Origin: Bugula neritina | Taxonomy: Eukaryota; Animalia; Bryozoa | Length of the DNA: 64,000 nucleotides | Reading direction: 5' to 3' | Assembly (NCBI GenBank): GCA_964035545.1 | Contig: OZ037768.1 | Span: forward strand, 21,249,700 to 21,313,699 | Shown: positions 1-15,058 of the stretch, one piece after another | How the letters are laid out: every line of letters begins with the position of its first letter | Position numbering within the stretch: position 1 is the stretch's first letter | Notes under the pieces: model-generated | What the model saw: only the letters and a program-made list of their open reading frames with translations | Told to the model about the DNA's origin: nothing | Database searches by the model: none | Translations under genes and position numbers: made by a program

Positions 1-1701
1 TTAGCAGCTTCCCACATATTTAAATAAACTTGGATTAATTATAATTGTTATCTAGTATTCATTAAAAATAATGTCTATTATTAATGTATTACTGTTTTTG
101 CCCCAAACAAATCCATGAAAAGTGGACTATTGTTCCAAATATTTTATATTAGCCATTATTTGTGGTAAAATAAAAAATTAGCTGCCAACTGGTAACCGGC
201 CATGTGGGAAGCGTCTAAGTGGGAAATTTGGCTATCTGGAATGACACCGATTCACTCTGCATAATTGTTTAACTTTGCTGCATGTCTTAAGATTCATCTC
301 TACTTTCCGATAGTCTGCTTGGATGCCAAGCTATAATTTTTGCAATTAGCAAGGGTCATCCAAAAAGAAATGACAACTCCGAACCTGTACCTTTAAGCAT
401 CCAGGCTACTAGATGTAGGAATTAACTTCAATGACTCTTGAGATAGAGTTGCCCTCTCTTTATGTCCTCAACAGTAACACAGTTATAATACTGTGTTATG
501 CTGGAATGTAAATCACAAGTATTAGTATGTCCTCAGCAAATGGCTATACTTTATTTAATTATGTAATCGATTAGCTGTACTAGTTTTGTTAAACATTGTT
601 TAATTGAAGTAAGCAAGTTTTACTTATATTATACTGTTTTGCTGCGAATGGTACAAACTACAAGCAATTAACCTACCTGAAGTTATGCAAGTATATAGCA
701 CACTTTAGTGAGTTTTCCTAATTGAAACCTATATCTATACATTCATATTTTTGAGCAGCCAATAAAAATTGTCACATCTGATTTAAATATGACAGAAGCC
801 AAATGCAAAAGAGATTGCACTTGATTTACATATTTTAATGTAACAGATTTTATACTGGTTGGGCATAGTTTTCTTGCAGTGCATATTTCTTCTTTGCACA
901 AATTCATGCTTTATAATTTGAAATATACTCTTTATTATCTCTGCCTCATCACTAGTGCGTTGTGTTCCTTTGCAATTGACTAGAGAAGACAAGCACAGAC
1001 AACTCTTTAGTAAGTTGTGTGGGGTTTTTTATCAGGAGAAAATAACTCCATTTAATGCCATGAATGATTAAATGCATTTGCAATAATATTTCATTCTGTG
1101 AACAAAAATAAAATATCAATATAATATGATATTATTATATATAATTATTATATAGTGCACATATGTACATAACATTATATTTGTTATATATAATAATATT
1201 ATATTGACAACAGCAATTGTCTTACAATAAGCATTATGCAACATAATATGTGCAACATAATGTGTAAAGTTTAGACATTTGAAGTAATATGTCATGTAAT
1301 GTTAAGTATAGCATGCATTGCTGAGTATCACTTTATATTGCAACATACTACAACATACATGCATACATATTATAGGTTTTGAACTTTTCAAGCACCGTAA
1401 AAATACATAGGTATACACGCATGCAACCAAAACTAGTAGTCTGTAAATATATAATATTGGAATCTAGGTCAGCTAGGATTAAACAATAACTACCGAATAA
1501 TTATAACTATGGAAATTTTAGTTCATTGTCAGCTAGTATATGTGTATAGAAGACAACTACCACAATGAATAAAATACCCTGCATAAAAAGTCTTTTTGAA
1601 AAAACAGGCGTATTGTAAAAATCCAACTTAAGGCAAATGTAATAAATAAATTCTCCATAATAAAGTAATTTTAAGGTTAGTAGTTAGCTCTTATACTAAA
1701 G

Positions 1702-2035
1702 CAGGGGCGCCCAACTTTCTCAGACCGAGGGCCACTGAAAGGGAATATTTGGTGACGAGGACCACATTGTAAACTTCAGCTTAAGCTGAGGGGCACAGCA
1801 CCAGTACATTTTTTAAATTAATTTGTTCCAAATTCTCCTGAATAATTACACAATTAGGTCCCAACTGTTACTGCAGTCTGTATGTTTTGTATCAGGTGTA
1901 GAAAAAAGACATTTAGAAGGTGGTTTTTCACTCTAATTCATATGTGTGAAAACTAATTTTAGCTTTATGCCTTTTAGGGCCATATAAATGTAGGCTGGGG
2001 GCCACATCCGGCCGGGCGCCTGTTGGACAGACCTG
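1702..2035. mobile_element. Non-autonomous hAT-type (Charlie-like) DNA transposon / MITE, ~334 bp
   Basis: Imperfect TIRs CAGGGGCGCCCAAC (1702-1715) and GTTGGACAGACCTG (2022-2035). Flanking 8-bp near-duplication TACTAAAG (1694-1701) / CACTAAAG (2036-2043). GC-rich GGGCCAC subterminal motifs; no ORF. Confidence 0.75.
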
Positions 2036-2976
2036 CACTAAAGTCTAAACTATTCAAACTCAGATAAAGTCTCCTAATGGGCTATAATTATTGTAAAGTA
2101 TTTGCTCACAATAATCATCTAGCCATGGTGCTGGCCTTGAAACATCAAAGCATACTACAGCTACAGTAGTGCTTAATAAAATGCTAATAAATGCACTGCC
2201 CTAATGATTACTTAGCTTATAATGAAATCGGCTCTCTTTCAGTTCATTAACTTTACTAGATTAACATAACATTAAAGGCAGATGTAAAACACCTATATTA
2301 TTGGCTTATAGAAAATATATTAGCCAATCAAAACCTTTCTCTGCATCTCACAGCCTATCAAATCAGTTCAACTATTCATGATATTCACAGATAAATAGCC
2401 ATGAGTTAACATCAGCTATTATTTAATAGATAAGAAGCGATATTACAAGACATAACATATTTCTGGAGAGTTATATGAGTCATAGCATAAGGTGAACACT
2501 ATTCTGAAATACTTTGGTTTCTTACTATAATTATATGCTTGCTACTTTTTATCGACAAGTTTCTCTAAATTTGTGTGCGAAAGCTTTTTACAAGTTGTGA
2601 AATTTAAAAAACTGTAAAAATATTCTTTTTGATTTTTTGAAACTTTTCTCCTAATTACTAAGTAGCTGAAACAATTATTATATATACAACTTAATATATT
2701 GTTTTGTAAAATATTTTATTCTTATATAACCTATTACTGAACATCTCAATTTGGTTCCTGCATTGAAGGGTATGTTTTAATTATCTACTTTTTAAAGTTG
2801 AAGCTGTAGTATTTGCATTCTATATTATTGTGAGCTAAAGCATAATTATATTTTATTCTTATATTTGATTGTATTTTAATTCAACATGGAGGCATGACAT
2901 GCGATTGGTTTTTGTTACAGAAAGTTTTAATAAACTCATTCTTCACAACTATCTATACATACAAAACTCTGCTAAG

Positions 2977-5900
2977 ATGAGGACCCACAGGCAAGGAAGT
3001 GAGAGTGAAGACACGGTTGACTACTACAAGCTACTAGAAGTTTCTAAAGATGCCAGTCAAATAGAGATTAAGAAATCGTAAGTTGTAGAACTTTTTAAAG
3101 CTAAATCATCAAGACTGTGAAATAATATATCCAAGTTTTAGGGCTTCAGTGGAGACAGTTATATAATATCCTTTAACAATACCACATTTTGTTTGCTGTC
3201 ATACAGCTTATATAAGTTCTAATTGACTGAGAAGCTTGTAACTTGACAGCAATCTATGCAAAATGTAGTCTCAGCTATAAATTCTATTATAATCCTATTT
3301 ATTTATGGGTACAGTGTCTGAGAGATTTCAAAACCTTACTTCTTAAATTGTATTTGTAAACTTTGGTTTGGGGACTTTCAGGAGGGCAACTCCTTTTGCT
3401 ATATACTTCTCATTCAGAACACTGGTTTTTTCTATTACTGCCCCTATTACATTACTATAGCTCAACAATCATAGCTTGGGCATGCAACTAGTTAGCTTAT
3501 AATAGTACAGCTACTAGGCACAGTATATTTATTTAGGTTGATCATTTACCCAACATCCTGCGTAAGGTGCTAGGTTGTATATCAAATATGTATTCACTAC
3601 TATGGCGACCTAATAGTTTTAGCAAGCTTCTGACAATGCTCAAAGATTAATAGGCTTGTATTGGTGTTGCAGATATAGACGGCTAGCACTGAAATATCAT
3701 CCAGATAAAAACCCTGACAACTTGGATAAAGCGGAGAAAAAGTTCAAACTAATTGCAGAAGCCTATGAAGTTTTATCTGATGGTAGGTGGAAGTATACCT
3801 TAATATGATTGGCTACTTATAGTTTCCATTGCTTTACCATGGATCTATGCTTCATTTGATAAAATGTAATAAATCTGTATTATCTTTAAAAAAATTCGTA
3901 TTTTGTAATGATTATTTGTTCTTTTATACACAAATCTCAAACATTATCTATACAATATTATTTTTAAGTTGACAGGATTGACCTAATGCTGTTGAAAGGC
4001 TTGTTCCCATGTAGTGTCTGTGGCAAAAAGGGTGGGTGCCCTGTCCCAATTAGCATTGCTCTTTTCAACTTTGTTTAACAGTATAATTGGGAATCAAACC
4101 ACAGTCTTCCAACTTGTAAATAGCCATTAAAGAGGATCTGCAATGAAATCTCAACCCAACACTTTTTATATATTCACGGATACTAAAACACATTTTCTGA
4201 CTGTATATGTAGAATCCAGAAGAAAGATGTACGATCAGTATGGTAAGAGTGGAGTAAACAGAGACGATGACTCACCAACCTACAGACGCTCTCACTACTC
4301 AGGCTTCCAGCACAAGTCACATGACCCAAGGGATATCTTCAATCAAGTGTTTGGAGACAGCTCACCTTTCATGAACTTTTGGAACTGTAAGTTACCAGTC
4401 ACTTATTCCTATATACTACTGATTTTTTTTCTATCAGTTAAGATTTTAATATATATCACTGTTTGTAAAATAAAAAATATAACTAACCTTAAAATTAGAA
4501 GCTGCGTGACCGAAATATAATATGCATATATTTTCGAGGCAAGTAACTTATTTATTATTTTGTAGTTTAGCTTTCAGCTGTAACATTTGTTTTTAATTTT
4601 TAAAATAAGTTGGTGAAAGCTCTATTACTCATGTTGTGACAGTTGTGACAAAGCCAATTTCAAGCGTTTTTCAAATATCATTTTCTGCCTTCATTTAAAA
4701 TTTGCCAAATTTGGTACCTTTTGCAAGATTTGCAATTTTTTGACATTTTAAAATTAAGCCCATGATGGTTTAATGCAACTGTCATAAGTTGAAAACTCCA
4801 TTAATAAAAGGTGTGTAATGAAGTCCCGTCTACATATAGGTAATAAGGCAGTAGAGACAGCTGACAGACATGCAACTATGCAAATGTTGTATTATGCAAC
4901 CTTGGATCACTTCCAAACCTGCTTAAGAGCTGTTGTCAGTAGATGCAGAATTAATTCAGCTTTATTTAGTTGGCCAAATATTCAATTGAGCTTACTACTG
5001 TTTTGAGGCTTTTATTAAATTAACCATAAAAATGTGACACGACATACACTACTAGCTATAAGCTGTCAACATACATTGGTAATTTCAAGCTCAATTAGTT
5101 AAATTTACAAATTATTTTGATATACAAAAGTTCTAGTTAAACGAAATTTATAATTTACCATACATTTTATATTTTCATAATCCATACTATATATAAACTT
5201 CTATAATGATCATTTTATGCTCTACTTGAGCTACTGAGTTATGCACAAACTAAAATTAATATAATATATATTATATATTGTATATTATATTTTGGTGTAT
5301 ATTCTATATTGTAAATTATGCAGTATTATATTGTATTACGTGAAACAAGACAGACGGTAATACAAGTTTTGTTTGTCTTGCATTATTGTTCAGCCAACTT
5401 CATAGCCTACCCAGGCTAAAAACAAGGTGCTCTTATAGCATATTTATTACTAAAATAATTTTAAAACAATTATTATAAGATATTAAACTAAGTTTATGTT
5501 AAGCTGCTTCAAATTATTGCTTCAGCATCACATACTGAATTGATGTACTAAAAGCAGCAGAATTGTAGTGGCTTATTATCAGCATACATGATAATTGTAT
5601 TGTGTTTTAATGTAGCCCAATTTCACAAGACTTCCTCTCATTCACGGCCAAGAAGCTTTCATGAGAACTTATTTTCTACTCTAGATGATGATTTTGACAT
5701 TCTATTCAGCACACCTAGCAGCAGGTAGGCAAAGTACTTTAATACTCTTGTCAGGAAAATTAATGAGTCTAGGTCTGCATATTATGCTAATTGGGCATTA
5801 TTAAGAAAATAACTTGAATTGTTGTTTCAGAGCGTAGCTTTGCCTAGCGATTGCTATGAGTTTATTTGCTTTACATAATATAGTTAGCTTAATAACTAAA

Positions 5901-8900
5901 AAACTAGTAATTTATTGCAATTAGTGTGAAGTATATATTGAGTAGTGAGCTCAAGAAATAAAGCAATTTACTTTTTACTAAAACTATAGGCAACAGCTAT
6001 ACTAGTTGTACTGAGGGGGTGTTCAACTAGCTAAACTCCAGTTGCCATTAGTTCTTGGCAATTTAATATTTTTAAAAGCTTGTGTTTTATATACAAGTAT
6101 ATGGTGGGAGGAGAATCAATAGATTAGGAACAAAAAAGTTCAAGCTTTTATAGAGGTAACATATCAATGCAATGTATTAAATAAAATGCATAATCTGCTT
6201 TTGCTAAAAACATCAAAAATTCAATTTAAAACTATAACAGCCATTATAAAAACAACCTTTTGAAATGATCATTCATATTCAATAAAGCCTAAAAAAACAC
6301 AGCTTTATATGATTACTATATAGCGTCATTGTAGGCAATGCAATGCACGTAGAGTGTAGACCAACGGATTATCTATAATTACAATACAAAATAAAGGAAA
6401 CTGTAATTAATAGGCTCAATTACTTCTCAACAGATAACTCTGGTTGCTACAGTTACAGCTAATAGGTTACAAAAGATAATTTACGTCAGTCTTATGATCT
6501 AGCTGATGACAAGTGGTGTCATATGAGTCAGGTGTCAGAAGACATAATAGTGACATCTAAGGTGTTCAAACAGTGAAATGGTGGATCAGGTGTGAGCATG
6601 TGCTTGATTTCTACCATAACTATGGCTTGTCTTTTTATTGAGTTTAAAAAGTAATGCATGAAAGCATATTATCTGCCTTGAGTTACTGTTTAGCCACATT
6701 TTCTAAGTCAAGTAACTCACTGTACAGAATAAGAGTTGCAGTCTTTAAGAGATGCCACAGCCAGATAGATAGCTGTATCTCTAAATCATCGGCTGTTTAC
6801 TACAGGATATGTGTTGTGTACTGATTACCTACTCTGTGTATGACTCTTTAATTACCACAATGCCAGAGTGTTGCTGACGTAGCTAGACTACTTCGTTGTA
6901 GACATGTTACTCACAGACTGTTACTAGCTTACACTTTTCTATTTTTGTATTGAATAATGCTAAAATAAATGTAAACCATGCATAATGTGGTACTGTTGTA
7001 AGTTGAACAGTCACTTATGTATGCATCTTATTACAATTCTAGTGTAGAGTAGTAAGAGCTAATGAATTCCTATATTTAGCAATGCCATCCAATGGTCTTT
7101 CTAATTAGTATTACGGAAATGTAAAGTTGTCAGCTGCAAATGACCAATGACTGTACCAAAAGTGACAATATGACGTCAACAAGAACTTAAAATAGATTAG
7201 TCACACCAGCTGGGTGATTAGTATACGCTAAGTGTGGACATCCATACAGTGGGAAGTGAAAAAGCTCCCTTGCAGGTTGCAAAATTCAGCAGGATAAACC
7301 TAATCACCCATCACCCATCATTCCATGACATAATATAATATGCCAGTATATATGCCAGTATTGTTATGTTGGATTTGTCCCTCTTTAGCTTAGAAGCAGG
7401 AAATGAGTTTTAGATATAAGGAACCTTTTAAGATAGCCAAAACATATTTCCACAATTTTGTTCACTAAACTTAAATGCTTATGAGTACTCATCAAAAGAG
7501 GAAAGCATAAAATTTTAAGAAGTAAACTTATTATATTGGTTCAATCTATAACTAATATTTAGTAACTTCATTAATATATCCTCATTCGTAAATAAAGCAA
7601 AGGATTGCCTCATTGCTGTATATAGTGATATATTTAAGAACCAAAATTTTACAAAAGAAATCTATATTTATTTTCATTATATATACAATAGATGAAATTT
7701 ATACTATCATATATAACAACATATAAATTCTAAACTACCACATATATAGCACATGAAACGTATGCTATGTTATCACACACAGCATGCAAATTTTAAGTTT
7801 AATTGACTTAGAACTATACACCGGTCAATAGATTGCACATAGTTTATTCATTACCGCACATACGGAAGTTATAAACTCAAATATATTATTAAAGTTCATA
7901 ATATAAATAATTTTGCAAACAAATAAAATTTAATTTTCAAGTTAGTGCTTTTTGGCAAATGTGTTGGTTGATGTATTTTTAAATTTTTAAATTGCATGCA
8001 CTTCAAAAAAGCTTGTATTGGTTTGTTCAGAAATAGTGAGGAAAGCCATTCAACTAGTAGTGAGAGTACAGAAGATAGTAGCAACACTTCCTCTACACAG
8101 AGTGGTGCAGGAGGTACACCATCGGCTGGAAATACAGACAATATGTTCACCTCCTTCCATGATAGGATATTCAACATGCATGCTAGGAATGTACACTCTA
8201 AACTGTGGAACTCTACTAGGTAGGGTGGGATAACTCTGCCTACAAATTATGTTAGACTGTGGTCTATATGTTTGTACCATTTTATTTCAGAAGACATCGA
8301 GGGAGCTGGAGCAGGCCCCAAACTTCTCATAACAATAGATTATATTGGAGTTGTTTGTTGAGGCCTCAACTCAGGCCTTCTCTGTGAGTTAGAACTTGTA
8401 CACATGCACGCTAGTAGCATGTTGCAGCTCCTACTAGATAAATAGCAGTATATAGCTATGAAAGCATGCTATCCTTGAATTTGGCCATGATTATAAGCAG
8501 TTTCCACTCAGTTTTATAGCTGCCACCCTTTCCAGAACCCCTGATGAAAAGGTGATTTTGAAATAACTTGCTTTGTGGCAAAGGAGCAAACTTTTTACCG
8601 AATGCATTTCCTAACATCACCAAAGGTCTTTATAGGGGATCAAACCACCAACTTTGTGTTTACTAAGCCAGTGCTCTAACCCTTGATCACACTAGGATAA
8701 AATGTTGTGCAAAAATCTGTATAAAAAACTTTTGCAGATGGGAAAAATGGCGTAACTTATTAATTAGGTTTCAGAGGCATTGTTGAGGCATCATTTATTA
8801 TTCTTTGTGCTAATTACCTAATAGGTTAACTTGTGTATATTAAACCAACACTCTCCCTGCATGTATAGAAGTGTTAGAAGCTGCATTTACAATGGGATGA

Positions 8901-10726
8901 GTCAGATATTATGGTCAGCTGCTGTTTTCTGATATCCATCTTGTGCTAATTGTCAGTTACATAATTGCTGCCAACACATTTGCCATGCATGTATATATAG
9001 TTATTATGCATGCATGCTGCCTAGCATCAGCTTGCAGTATTCTGTCTCTACTTCACCATAGTCCCATTTGTATGCTAATCTAGTATTCTCCCACAGTCCA
9101 ATAGCATATGTTAATCGAAGTCCATTGCCAACTACTTGCTTCACACTTTCATATAAGCCGAAGACATTTGCATCCAGGGTATATTTTCTGCAGGCAACTA
9201 GGCTAGGCTGTGTTTTAATCTTCATGTAATTTGTGTATGTAACAGCTTGAAGATTATGAAAATGTAGACAATTAATTAGTGGTAATTGATTGTTAATGAT
9301 TGATAGGCCATTTCCACATGATATTTAAATGAAGATATGAGTATAACTCATGCTATTAGCAACTAAAATAACTAGCAGTAAAAGCTGTATCTTGAGCAAT
9401 ATTATTCCGCATTCAATATAAAACAATTTGGTTATATCAAGCTTATATAATGTAGAATAGTAAATTGCTTTCTACTTCATGAAATTTTATCACTATAATA
9501 TATGTAATAAAATACATAAATATATATTATGAATAGAACAGATGAAGTTTACTTTATCATAGCATGTAAAAATGACACATTCAATATAATATAACTCTTT
9601 CTATGAGTGATAAAGAGTTTAGTTCTGTGCCTTTATGTTATTGATATAACGTTAACCATTTCAAAGTTGCATCTCATAGTTTCTAATCAACATTGCCACA
9701 TAATATATAATATGGTACATATAACTTCATAATACTATAGTAAACTATTCAAAATGTTTGTAGTGTATTATAGCATGTCGTATTTAAAAGTTTTTTGTCC
9801 AGTAATTGAAAATCTGATAAAAGCTCAAAATGCAACATTTATTTCCTATAAACAGCCTAACATTCTCCCAGAACCTCCATAGATATAAATAGTGTTTGTG
9901 CATGTATCATGTTTTGAACATCAAAGTAGTTATTGTGATTCACTAGTGATGAGCTATGTTATTAGGTACAAGTAATGTTTTATGGTTGCAATAAATCATT
10001 ATATTTTTTCTCTGTAAATGGTGACTAATCACAAAAACTATAAAGAATTACTTGACCTGAGGTTAATACTACATCACATGACCAAAAGGGTGACAGGTAG
10101 AACCATGTGTTGACAGGTGTGTTGACAAGTGCAACAAGTGTGATTTTTATTGCAGCATAGCACGTTGGCAAAAGTTTATTACTCTTAAGAAAGTTTGTAG
10201 ATTACTGTAATTAAGACTTCTCTATTTTTGTTGCAGTTTCGATTTTCATTCGGTCCACAACAATAGAAGGAGAAATGCAAGTAGTATGGGACACTCAGCT
10301 CATGCCCCGCAGAATATACGGTCCACTTCGATCACCACCAAGTTTGTGGATGGGAAAAAGATAGTCACAAAAAAGTAAGCATAATTGAAACTATTATTAT
10401 GATTAGACTGGGAACCTACTTGCTAGTACAATTACCTGTGACCTATCATCAAACTCAACTAAGAAATATAGGACCTAAAGCTACAAAGATAGTTCTTAGG
10501 TTCAGTGGCATGGGAGTTATGTCACCATTATCCTTAGTCATGGAGACGCTAATCTGTTGCCCGCATTGACATCCTATAAAATATTTCAATAAATATACTT
10601 TCTATTTATAAAAATTATGCAACAATTTTCAATTTTACTTGCAGAGTTACAGAAAATGGCATAGAGACCACAACCGTAGAGGAAAATGGATTCATCACGT
10701 CACAGACTGTTTCGCCAGTATGCTAA
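2977..10726 (+). CDS. DNAJB6: DnaJ/Hsp40 class B co-chaperone, DNAJB6/DNAJB2/DNAJB8-like (spliced)
   Basis: Exons 2977-3077, 3673-3782, 4213-4386, 5616-5724, 8031-8219, 10237-10374, 10645-10726 join in frame at GT-AG sites. J-domain [49 protein letters not shown], then [11 protein letters not shown], an S/T-rich region, and the C-terminal [33 protein letters not shown] motif typical of DNAJB6. Confidence 0.88.
8530..8697 (-). mobile_element. Degenerate tRNA-derived SINE remnant in a DNAJB6 intron
   Basis: The minus strand begins with a tRNA-like head (TAGTGTGATCAAGGGTTAGAGCACTGGCTTAGTAAAC...GGTGGTTTGATCCCC, A/B-box-like), followed by a TTAGGAAATGCATTCGGTAAAA core. A weaker related stretch (GTGGCAAA...GGGAATCAAACCAC) lies at ~4020-4125. 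Boundaries approximate. Confidence 0.45.
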
Positions 10727-12994
10727 ATTCTACCAGCCATGCCCGCTGCTGCTACTAGTTGCTATCTACTAGCTAATATATTACTACTAGCTGCAAGATA
10801 GCTATTTACTATTGTATAAGCATTGCTTGCCAACATATACAACTAATTATAATAATAAAATAATTACTAAGGCATGCAGTTTCTATAAGTAAAATGTTTC
10901 ATTTTGCTTTGTATATGAAACTAGCAACATTCTTTGCTAAATAAATTGAATTTAGAATAGCAATATTCTAATCTCCAGACTTTGAATCAAAGTTAATTGA
11001 CCTTCAACTTGAACTGTGTGTAGTTTAGCAGCAGTTTACAAGGAAATACTCAGCATTGTATGCAATCAAGTGATGATTTTATAGCTTATTTTATTATTAC
11101 TATCATAAGAGCCATAAATACTGTAAACAAGATTATATAATATATAATTACTGTAAACAAAGCTATAGACTAGAGTTTTAGTCTGTTATAATTAGTTTCC
11201 CTGTGATAATTTTTATTTATACAACATATTAAATTTTTATTTATAATATATTGTCATGACTATTTTCATATGCTCATATTGTCATATACATGTATTTATA
11301 TGGTTTAGCATTTTACATTATAATAAAATATACATTATGAAAGTTATATACCGCCATATTTTATGCTATATCTGACAGGTGTACAGTTGTAAGAGTACAA
11401 GCAATGTTACCAAAAGTTATTTAACCGTTTACCATCAGCTCAGTATACTGATTATTTAAAATTATATGAAGGCAAATTTATGCTTTTGATAGACACAATT
11501 TCTTTGCAAAAAGTTCTGCTTTAATGAATTTAAAAAATGAAGCTTAAGGAGTTCATGTAATAAGTTCAGTAAACTTCAGCTTCGTACCAAACGGTAAGCT
11601 CAATCAACTAACTAAAATGGCTTTACTTGTTTATATCTATATATGAAATTTATGAATACTATCTTGTCTATAACTGATGAAATTTTGCGGCATATATGCA
11701 AAAGCAATGCCAAACCAGTTATCTAAAAATTGGAAGATTTTTCTTTTATTTCCAATTCTTTTAAATTTATGCTTGTCATTGTAGATAGTTCCACTTTTTA
11801 GCCATTGATAGGTGTAGTTTGGCATATGACTGTATATGTTGTATTCATAATAAATGGTAGATGCCAAGTCATGCATAATACTATATTTATACATTGCAAT
11901 AACCTGCCAGTTGACCGGTTTCTCTATCAAATGATAAGGTGATGTTTTTATATTCTGATGACTAATGAAATATACGTGGTTGTTATTAAATGGAGCAAAA
12001 TTATCCAATGAGAGAACACTGCTATGAAAGCATGACTCATCCAGAGAGTAGACAATAATTATGGTCAAGACACAATTAAAAACTGTAATTTAATTTATGT
12101 ATGTTAACGATTCAACAAAATATTTCTTTATTTATTAATTTATCCTATTTTTAACTTATCATAGAAAACATTACTCCAGCTATATGAAAAAATATCAGTG
12201 ATGTACATATGGTTATATAACAATGTACTAACAAGCACTATGAATAGGTATAAAATAACGGTTGACCCACTGTGCATTATATAAAACAGCATAAAATTGC
12301 ATTGAATAGTGAATTGAAATTAATATATTAAGAGTGAATACGTATATAAATATGCATGCCTGAGAAAACCTAACTTTCTAATCAATAATATAGTATTGAA
12401 AACTATTATAAATTTATCAACAAGCATAAAATTAATTATTAATTATTTTATATTTTCCTAACTTTTAATAATTGATTTTTAATAGCATAATTTTCTAAAT
12501 TTGTAGTTTAATGTTGTTGCATGCTTTAATTTTGCACGTGCATCATAAATATATTGTAATGTAACTTATTATAATTGTTATATAATGAATAATAGGAGCT
12601 TTATGGGTATATAGCTATTCAAGAAGGAACCTAGATGATTTTCATAGTATGCACAGCCTCCATAATAAATATTCTACAATAATTGTTCGTTTGTTGAAGT
12701 CTAATTTTATCCCGCGTACTGTCCTATTAATAATATACAATACCAACAGTTTATTTATAAACACAATCTATTAATACCCATGCATCATATTAATTACAAG
12801 ACAGAGACAAGACATGACTAGCAGTTAACGACTAGAGGTTGATAACCTATGGCATTACATAAGAAGACTTCAAATATGGTAATTATGTCATGTGAATAGG
12901 AATTTATTAATACATAATATTATGTGTTTGTATAATGTGTATATGTATAATAATAGAACAGTAATCTTCTATTTATATATACACATGGCTTAGC

Positions 12995-13487
<493 letters not shown>

Positions 13488-15058
13488 GCTATATTTTTCA
13501 TCATTTCATCATTTTCAGTGATATGCAAAAACATTCTGAATTGACTAAGCACTCATTTCCAAAGCCTTTCGAGTTTTGTTATATACTGACTCCGGTTATT
13601 ACTATTATTTTTGTTGCTATGAAAAGTTTGTGTTTACAGCCTAGATGGCTTTTCCCCAGAGACCAAGTTTATTTTAAAGACTTAGGTTTCTCTGCCTTAC
13701 TTCTTTACTGTTGTTATTTTTTATTATATTATTGTTATTCGGATTATTATTGATATATTATTGCTACAGTTTGTTGGCAACAACAACTAGTCATTTAATC
13801 AACATTTAATATATAAAGGTCAAACTTAATGATGCAGAGGAAATTATTATTTTATTATTGCTTGTAAATATGATATGCATATTGTTTCATATTAATGCAT
13901 GCGTGTAATACTTGATAGTAATATTATAATTATGTTAAATCTTTCTTAGTTAGAGAACAGCTGCCATATTTTTTCCTTTATACATGTAGTTTGTATACCA
14001 ATCTTTATAACTGCAAGTTCTCTGTCAACATATTATACTACAGCAATATATATTTATTTGTAGTTATTTTCTCTGTGAAAATTCTATTGGCATTGAATTG
14101 ATGTGGGACTGTGAAAAACTATGTTGGGATGCTCTATGTGACCTCACCAATGACACAACAAATATCTGATTCACGAGTTTATCAGTGAATAAATGTCTGT
14201 AATCACTAGACAGAGTTAGGTTGCTCTCAGCTAGATTATAACCTCTTGTGCAATCTTGATTATAGTAAACTGTGAGCAGTAAAAACACAGCTCTTGACTA
14301 TTAATTAAGTTATAATTGACCTAATATAAAAAATAAATTGAAGTATTTTAATAAAATTCTTGCTAACAAAATACTTAGCTACTATAAAGCTAATTTTTAT
14401 CGGACATCTAAAATCATGTTACAAATATTTCATTATAAAAGTTAAAGTTTAGCAGCAGCATAAATAGTGAATTTCAAGCGCAATTAAACAGAATGCATAT
14501 ACCTCTGCATAACCTTTTGATTACACACACCTTACACTAGATTTATTTGGTCTCAAAAGAAAGAAAATAATTTTTTCGTTAGTGATTCATGGACACACCC
14601 TAGCACTGCAATTTCTTTTCACTTTAAAAATTTCAGTACTACTATAAAAAATTATATAAGCTCGTTTTACTAGGAATTACCATAACTGAGAGAGGTAACT
14701 AACTAGTCATGTGTTGCACCAGCCACTAACAATAGTAATTATAGCATCAGCTTATTTGATGATGCCTTATGCTTTCAAATGAATGTATAACTAAAACATA
14801 CCTAAATTATGTTTCATACTTTTTGTTCAATGGCATGTAATAATGTTTGTATATCTAACTAGTAAGGTAATAAATAGGCTTTTATATATCTTTAGTAATG
14901 TATTTTATTACCATACAAAATATCATAAACAGCCAATCTTAGCAGGTAAAAAAGCATGATACTCAACTCAAAGCAAACATTGTTTTCTGATCAAAAATCC
15001 AACTAACAGACTTCTCTCTGACCTTAATTCGATTAAAAAGTTCTCTGTTCCACGCACT

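Noticed and set aside
1-1000. Possible exons of an upstream minus-strand gene
   Set aside because: Donor-like motifs exist, but candidate frames contain stops and no recognisable protein was found.
7211-7310. 11-bp inverted repeat TGGGTGATTAG/CTAATCACCCA as a MITE
   Set aside because: Single short IR, no TSD and no second copy in the window.
11637-12068. 143-aa minus-strand ORF
   Set aside because: AT-rich composition, non-ATG start, no motif or supporting splice structure.
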